Shown piece by piece: positions 30,140-40,323 of a stretch of DNA of 64,000 bases (the stretch's first letter is position 1; every line of letters starts with the position of its first letter). The stretch is from Alphaproteobacteria bacterium (GTDB lineage Bacteria; Pseudomonadota; Alphaproteobacteria; Bin95). The notes beneath the pieces are model-generated. The model was not told the origin of the DNA, did not search any database, and worked only from the letters and a program-made list of their open reading frames with translations. The translations under genes were made by a program, and so were the position numbers. The stretch spans positions 128,001 through 192,000 of the forward strand of contig OZ224045.1 in NCBI GenBank assembly GCA_963665325.3, read 5' to 3'.

Positions 30140-33100
30140 TTTCGCCGCTCCGCCATGCGGGCCGGGTTCGCCTGGGCGGTGCGCCGCCGGGCCACGATGC
30201 GCGCGTGCTTACGTCGCTGGCCGGGGGCGGAGGGCCGATCATCCACATATCCCGCGACGATGCGCAAATGGCGCGGATGGCAGATTGCCTCGGCTTCTTT
30301 GCCCCGCATCTCGCACTGTCGCGGTTCCCGAGCTGGGATTGCTTGCCCTATGACCGCGCCTCGCCGCGCAACGACCTGGTGTCCGAGCGCCTCGCGACTC
30401 TGGCGGCGCTCGCGGACGGGGCGCGGCCGGACATACTGCTGACCACCGCCAATGCCTTCCTTCAGCGTGTGCCGCCGCGGGCAGGACTTGCCGGGAGCCG
30501 CTTCTCCGGCGAGGCGGGCGGCGCCATGGATACGGAGGCGCTGCTCGCCTTTCTGGAGCGGCATGGCTACCAGCGCGCCGAAACCGTGATGGAGCCCGGC
30601 GAATATGCGGTCCGGGGCGGATTGATCGACCTGTTCCCCGCCGGTGAGGCCGCGCCGCTGCGAATCGACCTGTTCGGCGACGAGATCGACGAAATCCGCC
30701 GGTTCGACCCGATTGACCAGCGCAGCACGGACCGGTTGGAACGATTCGACCTGGTGCCGGCCAGCGAGGTCGTCCTGACCGAGGAAAGCATCGCCCGCTT
30801 CCGGGAAGGATACCGCGCGGCCTTCGGCGCCGTGACGGCCGACGACCCACTTTACGAAGCGGTGTCGGCGGGGCGGCGAGCCGCCGGGATCGAGCACTGG
30901 TTGCCGCTCTTCTATGCCGGGCTGGAAACACTTGCCGACTACCTGCCCGACGCCGCGGTTGTCGAGGACGAGCAGGCGGACGCCGCACGGGACATCCGCT
31001 TCGAAGCCATTGCCGACCATTACGACGCGCGGCTCGACCCGCCTTCCGGCGAAACGCCGTACCGGCCGCTGCCCCCGGACAGCCTCTATCTCGATGCCTC
31101 CGGATGGGACGCCTGCCTCCAGGACCGTCCGGTAGCGCTGCTGCTGCCGGCGGCGGCACCCGAAGGACCCGACGCCGGTGGTCGGCCGGCGGTCGATTTC
31201 TCGGAGGCGCGGGCGCGCCCCGATATCGACCTCTACGGCGCCGTTGCCGACAGGCTGGCGGTTCATGCGGCGGTGGGCAGGCGGGTGCTGCTCGCGGCCT
31301 ACAGCGAAGGCTCCCGGGACCGGTTGGCCGGCTTGCTGGAGGAGCAGGGCGTTGCAACCCAAACGGTCGAGACCGCCCCGGAATTAGACGGGCTGCCGCC
31401 GGACCGGCTGACAACGGTCGTGCTTCCGCTCGAAGGCGGGTTCGAGACGGCGGACCTGGCGGTCGTTACCGAACAGGACATTCTGGGCGAACGCCTGTCG
31501 AGCCGGGCGCGGGGCAGGCGCCGGGCGCAGGACTTCCTGCAGGAACTCTCCGAAATCGCCGAGGGCGACATCGTCGTCCATGTGGAGCACGGCATCGGGC
31601 GGTATGAAGGGTTGGAAACGGTGACCGCCGCCGGCGCGCCGCACGATTGCCTGCGCGTCCAGTATGCCGGCGACGGGCGCCTGTTCGTGCCCGTGGAGAA
31701 CATCGAGACGCTGTCGCGTTTCGGCGCTTCCGACAGCGTCGTGACACTAGACCGGCTGGGCAGCGTCCAGTGGCAGGCGCGCAAGGCGCGCATGAAGGAA
31801 CGCATCCGCGAACTTGCCGAGCAGTTGATCCGGGTCGCGGCGGAACGAACCCTTCGGCCGGGCGAAACGCTGCAGCCTCCCGCCGGGCTCTATGACGAGT
31901 TTGCGGCGCGCTTTCCCTTCCCGGAAACGAACGACCAGCTGAAAGCCATCGAGGATGTGCTCGAGGACCTGTCCGCCGGCAGGCCGATGGACCGGCTGAT
32001 TTGCGGCGATGTCGGCTTCGGCAAGACCGAGGTGGCGCTGCGGGCGGCCTTTGTGACGGCGATGAGCGGGTTCCAGGTCGCGGTCGTGGCGCCGACGACG
32101 CTGCTGGTCCGCCAGCATTTCAAGACCTTCAGGGAACGCTTCCGGGGCCTGCCGGTGGAAATCGGCCAGCTTTCCCGCCTGGTTGCCGGCAAGGAGGCGC
32201 GCGAGGTGAGGGAGCGTCTCGCCGACGGCAGGCTCGACATCGTGATCGGCACCCACGCGCTGCTGGCGAAATCGGTGCGCATGAAGCGGCTCGGCCTGCT
32301 GGTCGTGGACGAGGAGCAGCATTTCGGCGTGGCACACAAGGAACGGCTGAAGCAGTACCGCAGCAATGTCCATGTGCTGACGCTGACGGCGACGCCGATC
32401 CCGCGCACGCTCCAGCTTGCCTTGTCGGGCGTGCGTGAGATGAGCCTGATCGCCACCCCGCCGGTGGACCGGCTGGCGGTGCGCACTTTCGTCGGCCCTT
32501 TCGACGCCCTGACGGTGCGGGAGGCGGTGCGCCGCGAGCTCCTGCGGGGCGGGCGCTGCTTCTATGTCTGCCCCAGGGTCCGCGATCTGCCGGAAGTGAC
32601 CGAGCGATTGCGCGCCATGGCGCCCGACGCGCGCATCGGCGTCGCCCATGGCGGCATGGCGGCGGCAGAACTGGAGGAGGCGGTCGGCGCTTTCTACGAC
32701 GGGCGAATCGATGTGCTGGTCTCGACGAATATCGTCGAATCCGGCCTCGACATTCCTGAGGCCAACACGCTGATCGTCCACCGGGCGGACATGTTCGGCC
32801 TGGCGCAGCTCTACCAGTTGCGGGGCCGAATCGGCCGCGCCAAGCAGCGGGCCTATGCCTATCTGACGCTGCCGGAGCGCCGCAAGCTGACCAAGGCGGC
32901 GGAGAAGCGCCTCGCGGTCATGCAGACGCTGGACACGCTCGGCGCCGGGTTCCAGCTCGCCAGCTACGACCTCGACATACGCGGCGCCGGCAACCTGCTG
33001 GGCGACGAGCAGTCGGGCCATATCCGCGAGGTCGGGATCGAGCTCTATCAGCACATGCTGGAAGAAGCTGTCGCCGCGGCGAGGTCCGGCGCGGACGAGG

Positions 33101-33564
33101 CGGAAGAGGACACGGCCTGGACACCGCAGATCGGCGTCGGCGCGCCGGTGCTGATCCCGGAGAGCTATGTTGCGGAGCTGAATGTCCGGCTGTCGCTTTA
33201 CCGGAGAATCGCAGCGCTGGAGGACCGGGAGCAGACGGACGCCTTCGCTGCCGAGTTGATCGACCGCTTCGGGCCGGTGCCGGACGAGCTGGAGAACCTG
33301 CTGCGGATCGTCGCGATCAAGCGGCTCTGCCGGGAGGCCGGCGTGGAGAAGATCGATGCCGGGCCGAAGGGCGCAGTGGTCTCCTTCCGGGGCGACTTCG
33401 CGAACCCGGCCGGGCTCATCGAGTTTATCGGCAAGCAGGCTGGCACCGTCAGGCTGAGGCCCGACCACAAGCTCGTCATCGGAAGAAGCTGGGAGAAGGA
33501 ACCTGCCCGGATCGCGGGCACGGAACGCCTGTTGCGCGACCTCGCCGTAATCGCGACCGCCTGA
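30136..33564 (+). CDS. mfd: Transcription-repair coupling factor
   Basis: WDCLPYD, VHVEHGIGRY, CGDVGFGKTEVA, DEEQHFG, QLYQLRGRIGR, TRCF C-terminus. Confidence 0.97.
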   Translation: MISPLRHAGRVRLGGAPPGHDARVLTSLAGGGGPIIHISRDDAQMARMADCLGFFAPHLALSRFPSWDCLPYDRASPRNDLVSERLATLAALADGARPDILLTTANAFLQRVPPRAGLAGSRFSGEAGGAMDTEALLAFLERHGYQRAETVMEPGEYAVRGGLIDLFPAGEAAPLRIDLFGDEIDEIRRFDPIDQRSTDRLERFDLVPASEVVLTEESIARFREGYRAAFGAVTADDPLYEAVSAGRRAAGIEHWLPLFYAGLETLADYLPDAAVVEDEQADAARDIRFEAIADHYDARLDPPSGETPYRPLPPDSLYLDASGWDACLQDRPVALLLPAAAPEGPDAGGRPAVDFSEARARPDIDLYGAVADRLAVHAAVGRRVLLAAYSEGSRDRLAGLLEEQGVATQTVETAPELDGLPPDRLTTVVLPLEGGFETADLAVVTEQDILGERLSSRARGRRRAQDFLQELSEIAEGDIVVHVEHGIGRYEGLETVTAAGAPHDCLRVQYAGDGRLFVPVENIETLSRFGASDSVVTLDRLGSVQWQARKARMKERIRELAEQLIRVAAERTLRPGETLQPPAGLYDEFAARFPFPETNDQLKAIEDVLEDLSAGRPMDRLICGDVGFGKTEVALRAAFVTAMSGFQVAVVAPTTLLVRQHFKTFRERFRGLPVEIGQLSRLVAGKEAREVRERLADGRLDIVIGTHALLAKSVRMKRLGLLVVDEEQHFGVAHKERLKQYRSNVHVLTLTATPIPRTLQLALSGVREMSLIATPPVDRLAVRTFVGPFDALTVREAVRRELLRGGRCFYVCPRVRDLPEVTERLRAMAPDARIGVAHGGMAAAELEEAVGAFYDGRIDVLVSTNIVESGLDIPEANTLIVHRADMFGLAQLYQLRGRIGRAKQRAYAYLTLPERRKLTKAAEKRLAVMQTLDTLGAGFQLASYDLDIRGAGNLLGDEQSGHIREVGIELYQHMLEEAVAAARSGADEAEEDTAWTPQIGVGAPVLIPESYVAELNVRLSLYRRIAALEDREQTDAFAAELIDRFGPVPDELENLLRIVAIKRLCREAGVEKIDAGPKGAVVSFRGDFANPAGLIEFIGKQAGTVRLRPDHKLVIGRSWEKEPARIAGTERLLRDLAVIATA

Positions 33565-33568
33565 CAGC

Positions 33569-34201
33569 CTACTCGGCGGCGGCTTCGCCGTTCTGGACGA
33601 GGTCGAAGAGCGGTGCGAAATATTCCGGTTCCTGGGCCCCCGAGATCGCGTAGCGGCTGTCCACCACGAAGCAGGGCACGCCCTGGATGCCCATTGAGCG
33701 CGCACGCGAGTCTTCCTGCCGGACTTCCCGGCTGGCGGCGTCGGAAGCCAGGAAAGCCTCCGCCTCGCTGCGGTCCCAGCCGGCGCGCGTCGCGATATCC
33801 GCCAGCTGCCCCGTGTCGCCGATGTCCTCGCCATTCAGGAAGTAGGCGTCGAAGAGCGCATCGACCACCTCCGTCTGCCGCTCGCCGGACTCCCGGATCA
33901 GCCTGTGCGCGGCGAGCGTGCTCGGCGTGCGCTCGATGGCGTCGAAGCGGAAATCGATGCCTTCCGACCGGCCGGTCTCGCGGATGCGGTCATAGACCTG
34001 TCCACCGCCCTTCGCTCCGAACTTGAGCGCAAGATAGTCCTGCCGCGCCATGCCTTCCGCCGGCATGTCCGGGTTCAGCTGGAAGGCCCGCCAGCGGATC
34101 ACGGGGTCCAGTTCGGGCCGCGTGTCCAGCGCGCGGGCAAGACGCCGGCGCCCGATGAAACACCAAGGGCAGATGACGTCGGAGAAGATCTCGATCAGCA
34201 T
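33569..34201 (-). CDS. DsbA-family (FrnE-like) oxidoreductase
   Basis: IFSDVICPWCFIG, FQLNP, GIQGVP.F, ISGAQ. Confidence 0.92.
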   Translation of the reverse strand: MLIEIFSDVICPWCFIGRRRLARALDTRPELDPVIRWRAFQLNPDMPAEGMARQDYLALKFGAKGGGQVYDRIRETGRSEGIDFRFDAIERTPSTLAAHRLIRESGERQTEVVDALFDAYFLNGEDIGDTGQLADIATRAGWDRSEAEAFLASDAASREVRQEDSRARSMGIQGVPCFVVDSRYAISGAQEPEYFAPLFDLVQNGEAAAE

Positions 34202-34240
34202 GGAGCGGCAATATAGGTGCGGCCCCAGGGGGAGGGAAGC

Positions 34241-35002
34241 GTGTCGATTGACAGAATACTGCGGCTCGACGGCAGGACGGTGCTGGTCACGGGCGCGTCG
34301 CGGGGCCTCGGGCGGGGATTCGCCGAAGTCGCGGCGGCGGCGGGCGCGCGCGTAGCACTGGCGGCGCGGGACATGGAGGCGCTTGCCGAAGTGGCCGCAG
34401 GCATCGGTAACTCCGCGGTCGTGTCCATGGACGTGACCGACCGCGAGCAGGTCAGGGCCGGCTTCGAGGCTGCCGAGGAGGCGCTCGGGCCCGTCCACGC
34501 CGTCGTCAATAATTCCGGCGTCGCCGTGACCCGGCGCCTGCTGGAGACGGAAGAGGAAGACTGGCGCCGGGTCATCGACACCAACCTTACCGGCGCCTGG
34601 TTCGTGGCCCAGGAAGGGGCGAGGCGCATGGTCGCGCGCGGCGAAGGCGGCAGCATCGTCAATATCGGCTCGTTGCTGGGCCTGCGCACCGGGCGCGGCG
34701 CTATAGGCTATGCGGCCTCCAAGGCCGGATTGCACCATCTCACGCGGGTCATGGCTGCGGAGCTTGCCCGCGAGCGTGTACGGGTGAACACGCTCTCGCC
34801 CGGCTATGTGCTGACCGACCTCAATGAGGAATTCTTCGCCTCTCCGCCGGGGCAGGCGCTGATGCGCCGCGTGCCGATGGGCCGCCTCGGCAATCCGGAA
34901 GACCTCGCAGCCCCGCTGCTCTTTCTGCTTTCCGACGCCTCGGCCTACATCACCGGCCAACTGCTCGCGGTGGACGGCGGGCATTCCGTGTCGAATGCCT
35001 GA
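34241..35002 (+). CDS. Short-chain dehydrogenase/reductase
   Basis: TGASRGLG, NNSG, YAASK, VDGG motifs. Confidence 0.93.
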   Translation: MSIDRILRLDGRTVLVTGASRGLGRGFAEVAAAAGARVALAARDMEALAEVAAGIGNSAVVSMDVTDREQVRAGFEAAEEALGPVHAVVNNSGVAVTRRLLETEEEDWRRVIDTNLTGAWFVAQEGARRMVARGEGGSIVNIGSLLGLRTGRGAIGYAASKAGLHHLTRVMAAELARERVRVNTLSPGYVLTDLNEEFFASPPGQALMRRVPMGRLGNPEDLAAPLLFLLSDASAYITGQLLAVDGGHSVSNA

Positions 35003-35051
35003 AGGGCGTGAATCCGGTTGCGGAGGATCGATCGGGCAGAAGGAATCGCTC

Positions 35052-35909
35052 TCAACAACCCTCGGTCACGGGTGCGAAGAATGCCCTCAGATGATCGGTC
35101 ACTGCCTGAGGTCGTTCCTCGGCCAGCCAGTGCCAGTTCGTCGGAAAGTACGTGACCGCGAAGTCGTCGATCCAAGCCCGCGCAATATCGTTCACGACCG
35201 GATCCAGCGCAACATCCAGAACGCCCCACAACACGCTGACCGGGCAGGTGATTCGCCTGGGCGCGACGTGCCGGCGGCGCGGCATGTCGCGCACGAGTTC
35301 CCGATAGTAGTTGATCGCAGCCGTAGCGGAGCCCGGAATCTCGAAGGCGCGGCGGTAGGTCGCCACATCCTCGGGTGGCATCACCCTGGCAAGGCGAATG
35401 GTCCCTGCGCGAAACTGCTCCAGATACAGTTCCTCCGGAAAATCCGGAAGCAGATCGAGGAAGACGTACCAGCTCTTGCGCTGCTGCTCGGGGTGGTTGA
35501 GCCACCCTGCGATCCAGGCATCGGGGTGCGGCGCATTCAGGATCGCGAGCCGCTCGACTGCGCCGGGATGGTCCATGGCGGTCTGGTAGGCAACGACGCC
35601 GCCCCAATCGTGCGCCGCGATCATGGCCGGAGTCCCGAGGTGTTGGACGAGAGCTGCCACATCGCCCGCGAGCGTGGCCAGATCGTATCCCGAGGCGGGC
35701 TTGGCGGAGAGGTGATAGCCCCGCATATCGGGGGCAACCACCCGGAACGACGGGGCGAGAGAGGGGATGACATGGCGCCAGGACCACCAGAACTCGGGAA
35801 AACCGTGCAGGAGCAGAACGAGGGGGCCGGTGCCCATCTCGACGTAATGAAGCTCGGTGCCGTTAACGTGGGCCCGATGGTGCGACAGGCCGGGCAGGGT
35901 GGGCGTCAT
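35052..35909 (-). CDS. Alpha/beta hydrolase (epoxide hydrolase-like)
   Basis: HGFPE, PDMRGY, AHDWGG nucleophile elbow, NAPHP; GGAG RBS before MTPTLPG. Confidence 0.9.
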   Translation of the reverse strand: MTPTLPGLSHHRAHVNGTELHYVEMGTGPLVLLLHGFPEFWWSWRHVIPSLAPSFRVVAPDMRGYHLSAKPASGYDLATLAGDVAALVQHLGTPAMIAAHDWGGVVAYQTAMDHPGAVERLAILNAPHPDAWIAGWLNHPEQQRKSWYVFLDLLPDFPEELYLEQFRAGTIRLARVMPPEDVATYRRAFEIPGSATAAINYYRELVRDMPRRRHVAPRRITCPVSVLWGVLDVALDPVVNDIARAWIDDFAVTYFPTNWHWLAEERPQAVTDHLRAFFAPVTEGC

Positions 35910-36251
35910 GTCGACACTCCTGTTCATTTGCGAGATTCGAGTCTGGCGTATTGACATGACATCCTGAACGCGGCGCCGCATCAAGGTGGCGTCTGCGGCG
36001 ATCCCTATTCCATGCGCGGTCAGGACCGTTTCGGTTGCTCCAACCACATCATGAACGGCAGCTGCTCCAACGGGAGGGTTGTTGTCATTCGACAAGATGC
36101 GATCTGAGGCATACGACCCGTCGCTCGCATGCTACGGAATCCAGCATGCAATCTCGCCGATGGCGTTCTGCAGAGCCGTCAGGCATTCGCCCCGTTGCGC
36201 CCCAGCATTGCTACCATCCTGACTTGACCTCCGTGATCGGAGCCGTCGCAC

Positions 36252-36521
36252 CTAGGCATCTAGGCCCTGTGGACGGATACGGAAATGGCAATAGGTATCC
36301 GCGCCGGCGCGGGGGTGAATCGGAGTGAGGAGTTCAACGCCTGCTTCATCCTGAAAGAGTTTCGTGCCGAGCGCACTGCGCACCGATTGCAGCGGATTCG
36401 AAAGCCTCATCTTCTGTCGGATATCCCCCAATCGAACGCGAACCTCTTGGCATCCGGCAGCGCGAGACGGCGCTATGTAGTGCTCGATGACGTAGCTACG
36501 AATGAGATCGGCAGTGGTCAT
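36252..36521 (-). CDS. Small hypothetical protein
   Basis: ORF MTTADLIRSYVIEHYIAP...; ATG overlaps the stop of the upstream csp-like ORF. Confidence 0.6.
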   Translation of the reverse strand: MTTADLIRSYVIEHYIAPSRAAGCQEVRVRLGDIRQKMRLSNPLQSVRSALGTKLFQDEAGVELLTPIHPRAGADTYCHFRIRPQGLDA

Positions 36522-36697
36522 AGTGAGTTTCTCCTCAGGGTCCTTGCGGGCCATTGGGTGGTCGTTGGCGTACCCTCCCGTCTCCCGCATTTTCTACCGC
36601 AGCTTGCGCAGTTCAAGCTACGCTGCCCTCGTCCCGGCACGACGAAGCCAAAGCCCCTCGCCGGGTCGAAGAACTTGACGGCGCCGGACAGTTCCAT
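36518..36697 (-). pseudogene. Cold-shock-domain fragment (59-codon ORF not in the supplied ORF track)
   Basis: GGGAG RBS then MELSGAVKFFDPARGFGFVVP (RNP1 GFGF); similarity is lost before RNP2 (VFVH absent). Confidence 0.65.
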
Positions 36698-36751
36698 GTC
36701 TCCCGACCGGGAGCCGACCTTCTGCGGGCCCGGATACCGGGGGTCGAGGGC

Positions 36752-37801
36752 TAGAGCGTGATGATTTCATACGGAAGCATATCCAGCGTTTTGTAGGTAG
36801 TTGGCGCATTCACGGGGTGAGAAGCGTTCGAGGAGGGTGCCGATACGCTGCCATGTGGTTTCGGTGGTTCGTTCGGCGGCGTCTCGCAACAGATGTTTGA
36901 GTTTGGCGAAGACCTGCTCGATCGGGTTCAGGTCGGGACTGTATGGCGGCAGGAACAGCAAGTGGGCGCCGGCATTTCGGATGGCCTTTCTGACGGTTGC
37001 GTTTTTGTGGCTGGCAAGATTGTCCATAACGACCACATCGCTTGGGGCCAGCGTGGGGACGAGGAAGTGTTCGACATAGGTTTGGAAGGCCTTGGCGTTG
37101 ACCGGTCCGTCGAGGACGCAAGGCGCGTCGATCCGGTCGACGCGCAGTGCGGCGATGAAGGTCATGGTACGCCAGTGGCCGTGCGGCGCGCGCCCGATCA
37201 GGCGTTTGCCCTTCGGCGCCCAGCCGCGCAGCGGAGCCATGTTGGTTTTGGCCCAGGTCTCGTCGATGAAGACCAGCCGGCGCGGATCAACCCGTTTCTG
37301 GTGGCGTTTCCAGCGCGTCCGTCGGCGCGCGACGTCCGGGCGGCATTGCTCGCTGGCCAGCGCGGTTTTTTTTGAACGAGTAGCCCGCCCGATGCACCGC
37401 CGACCAGACCGTGCGGTAATCCACCCGGAGGCCGCGCGCGGCCAACTCGCTCACCAGACCACGCAGGGTGAACGGGGTTTCGATCCGCTCCAGAAGCCAG
37501 TCCTCATACGCCCCGACGATCTTGCGCGGACGCCGCCCGCCGATCTTCGCCGGCGCGCAACTGCCGGTCGCCCGCAGACGCTGCGACCACTTCACGATAC
37601 TCGACGGCGCCACAGAGAGCGCCGACGCCACCTGACGGACGCTCTGTCCCTCGGCCAACCGGACCATCGCGCGTTCGCGCAAGTCCATCGAAATTGCACG
37701 GCTCATCGCCCAAGCCTCCACTGTCGGAAAAACAACAGTGAATCAGCTCAAGCCTGAAACCGGAATCCCCTTGCGATTCTCAATTAAATCATCCCGCTCT
37801 A
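36752..37801 (-). mobile_element. IS630-family insertion sequence, about 1.05 kb
   Basis: Ends CTAGAGCGTGATGATTT (36751) and AAATCATCCCGCTCTAG (to 37802) are inverted; TA duplication at 36752-53 and 37800-01. Confidence 0.93.
36767..37706 (-). CDS. IS630 transposase, two ORFs joined by a frameshift at an A8 run
   Basis: OrfA HTH (MSRAISMDLRER...), A8 at 37366-37373, OrfB LVFIDETW, VVMDNLASHK, LPPYSPDLNPIEQ. Confidence 0.92.
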
Positions 37802-38187
37802 GACCGAGAGAATCCGCGACACCCGGGGCTCGACGACAGGCCATCCTGGATTTGACGGGGGGAGGGGTCGCACCCGGCGCTTGTGTTTGCCGAGGTGCTG
37901 GCTTGCCGTGGAGGGGCAGGGAACCGAACTCCAGTATCGGGGCTTCCCACGCACTCGGACTTGCGACGCGCGGTGTGAAATCGGCCGGGAGCAGGCGGGC
38001 GGTTTGTCCGGACGCAACAGGCTGGGGGCGAATGGGGGCTGAACCGCCGGGAGCCCCGGCAAGGCAGCTCCTTTGGCGATTATGTCCCGCATGCAGGACT
38101 GAAAGACTGTCCGTAATTGCCCGGTCATCCAATCCGGAATCGTAGCAACTCGCCGCATTATCGTAAGTCCAGGATCAAAGAAACGCG

Positions 38188-38209
38188 CCACAAAAAGCGA
38201 ATCGGCCCT
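38188..38209 (-). repeat. Orphan element end (TIR-like) facing left
   Basis: Reverse complement AGGGCCGATTCGCTTTTTGTGG matches the element B left end at 19/22 and abuts the GGCGGATGG duplication. Confidence 0.7.
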
Positions 38210-38218
38210 GGCGGATGG
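38210..38218 (+). repeat. Target-site duplication GGCGGATGG, copy 1 (complement of the tRNA-Ser 3' end)
   Basis: Identical 9-mer at 57095-57103 and 61738-61746. Confidence 0.88.
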
Positions 38219-38380
38219 ATAGCCGATGAAAAAATTGTGTCATTCTTTACCTTATCACCTTGATATTACTTCATATTTCCACCGTCCTAATTTGACACAG
38301 AAATTCCTTCGCATTCATTGGATGTCGATAAGAAATCTTTGTAACACATTGAATCTATGTAATAATATGCGGAATATGGC

Positions 38381-38428
38381 TTGACAGGAAGCGCCTCCGG
38401 CTGTAGTATGGGATACGCTTGGAGGAGG
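38381..38428 (+). promoter_or_regulatory. Sigma70 promoter and RBS of the left transposase-like gene
   Basis: TTGACA (38381)-17 bp-TAGTAT (38404); GGAGGAGG at 38421. Confidence 0.65.
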
Positions 38429-38436
38429 CAGAGCCC

Positions 38437-40317
38437 ATGGCTTCGACGCCCCGCAAACTCCGGGTCCCCGACACTGCCAGCGCCAGAATCGTCGGAGAGC
38501 CCTTCCCGATTCAGATCAATCACTGCCGCACGCCCGGCTGCGCTAATTTCGGCGTGCCGGCGCGGACGAAGCGCGGCAAGACCGGACCGAGCAGGGACCG
38601 CGATCTCCGCTACAAGCTGAACTCGACGGCCAAGGGCCAGGAGCCCGCCATCGAGTGCAAGGCCTGCAAGGGCAAGGGCGCCATCCGATCGAACACGGCC
38701 ATCGCCGAGGAGGTCGAGCGCATCGCCGACTATGCCCGGCCGCTGGAGCACCGCTTCGCCTGCAAGACCGGGGGCTGCGCCAATTTCGGTCTCTCCATCG
38801 ACGAACACCGGGATCGCTATTGGAGGCGCGGCTACTACAAGACGCCGGAGAACCGTTACTACCAGTGCAAGGGCTGCCTGCGCCGCGTGCTCGTCTCCCG
38901 CAAGGCTCCCAGGATCCACGCGAAGAACCAGGCGCTCGCCGCCGATGTGTTCTCTCGCATCGCCAACAAGTCCCCCATGCGCCGCACCGTGGAGGGGGCC
39001 GGGCTCAATAGCTGCAAGGACTATTACACGACGTTCGACTTCATCCACCGCCGCTGCCGGGAGATGAACGGCGCCGTCACGCGGGCCTTCCTGACCGGCG
39101 CGCGCTGCCTGCCGGCGGAGATGGACATCGCCATCGACTCCCAGTCGCTCATGGTCAACTGGCCGCGCAAGGTGCAGCGGCGCACCGTCGAGATGACTTC
39201 CTGCTGCAGCGTCGATACAGGCTCGCGTTTCATCCTCGAACTCGACGTCAATCACGACCCGTGCTTCGACCCGTTCGACGTCAACCACGAGTCCGCCGAG
39301 CGGGGCGACATGACCCGCAAGGAGGCGTTCCGCAAATATGCCCGCTTCTGGCTCGCCGGCGACGAGATGCGCAGCGGGCGCACCGGACAGCGCCGCATGG
39401 GCCGCGAGGCCGCCGAGCAGGCCGTGGGAAACATCCAGGACGCCTTCCGGGCCGCCAACGCCTATGAGGACGTAGCCGAGATGGAGATCGTGCCGGGACA
39501 GGGGCCGCTGCGAGACCACATGCTTCGCTCCGGCATGCTGGTGAAGACGGGCTACCGGACACTCGGGCACATGTTCGTGCTGCGCGAGATCCTCAAGGGA
39601 GCCGGCGTTGAGCGGCTTCAACTCTGCATGGACCAGCATCTCTCGACCATCTCGTCCTTCATGTGCGCCTTCCGGGAGCAGGTCGCAGACGGCAGCGCGC
39701 AGGGGTTCCTGGTGCGCTACGCCAAGGACTGCCCGATCGACGAGCGCAACCGCATCTACCAAGAGACCGAGAAGCGGATGCGACGCTTCGCCCGGGCGCG
39801 CGGCCTCGAGGGCATGACGGACGAGGAACTCGGCTTCGAGATGATCCTTGCCAGCCTGCGAGCCGAGGGCCTGCCGGAAAGCGGCTGGCTGCCGCACCCG
39901 GTGCCGACTGCACAGGAGCCTGGCAAGCAAGTCCGCTGGATCACCGAAAATGCAGAAATGGAACTGGACGACAGGGCCCGGCTCTATCTCACCGCCTCGG
40001 TCGCCCAGGTGGATAATGTCTTCCAGCTGACCCGGCGGTTCCTCTCGGCCCTGGAGCGCCCGATCGACACGGCGAGCGGGCGCTGGCAGCAGGTCTGGTA
40101 CGGCTATGCGCCCTACAATCCGGACATGGTGCGGAAATATCTCGACGTCTTCCGGGCGGTGAACAACTTCGTCCACACCGGCGTCGACGGCGCGACACCG
40201 GCCATGCGCCTGGGCTTCACCGACCGCCCGCTCGCCTATGCCGACCTGCTCTGGCCAGGCGAGAAGATCCCGACTCCGAAAAAGGTCCGCCGCAAGGGAC
40301 GCGCGCTCAAGCTCTGA
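38437..40317 (+). CDS. Large Zn-finger, DDE-like putative transposase (paralog 1)
   Basis: Repeated C-x4-C-x-NFG and CxxC motifs; candidate acidic triad IAIDSQ / LCMDQH / QVDNVF; C-terminal TPAMRLG as in IS1/IS6-like transposases; lies just inside the TIR. Confidence 0.72.
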   Translation: MASTPRKLRVPDTASARIVGEPFPIQINHCRTPGCANFGVPARTKRGKTGPSRDRDLRYKLNSTAKGQEPAIECKACKGKGAIRSNTAIAEEVERIADYARPLEHRFACKTGGCANFGLSIDEHRDRYWRRGYYKTPENRYYQCKGCLRRVLVSRKAPRIHAKNQALAADVFSRIANKSPMRRTVEGAGLNSCKDYYTTFDFIHRRCREMNGAVTRAFLTGARCLPAEMDIAIDSQSLMVNWPRKVQRRTVEMTSCCSVDTGSRFILELDVNHDPCFDPFDVNHESAERGDMTRKEAFRKYARFWLAGDEMRSGRTGQRRMGREAAEQAVGNIQDAFRAANAYEDVAEMEIVPGQGPLRDHMLRSGMLVKTGYRTLGHMFVLREILKGAGVERLQLCMDQHLSTISSFMCAFREQVADGSAQGFLVRYAKDCPIDERNRIYQETEKRMRRFARARGLEGMTDEELGFEMILASLRAEGLPESGWLPHPVPTAQEPGKQVRWITENAEMELDDRARLYLTASVAQVDNVFQLTRRFLSALERPIDTASGRWQQVWYGYAPYNPDMVRKYLDVFRAVNNFVHTGVDGATPAMRLGFTDRPLAYADLLWPGEKIPTPKKVRRKGRALKL

Positions 40318-40323
40318 CCCGGC

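Noticed and set aside
120-34984. Many long antisense or alternate-frame ORFs (e.g. 4107-5876, 18000-19727, 27873-29885, 31747-33834)
   Set aside because: Shadow ORFs of well-supported genes in high-GC DNA; no recognisable motifs
35015-35040. TTGCGGAGGATCGATCGGG as the degenerate left boundary of the third element
   Set aside because: Needs several gaps and mismatches to align with TGGCGGATGGATAGCCGATCCG; could be chance
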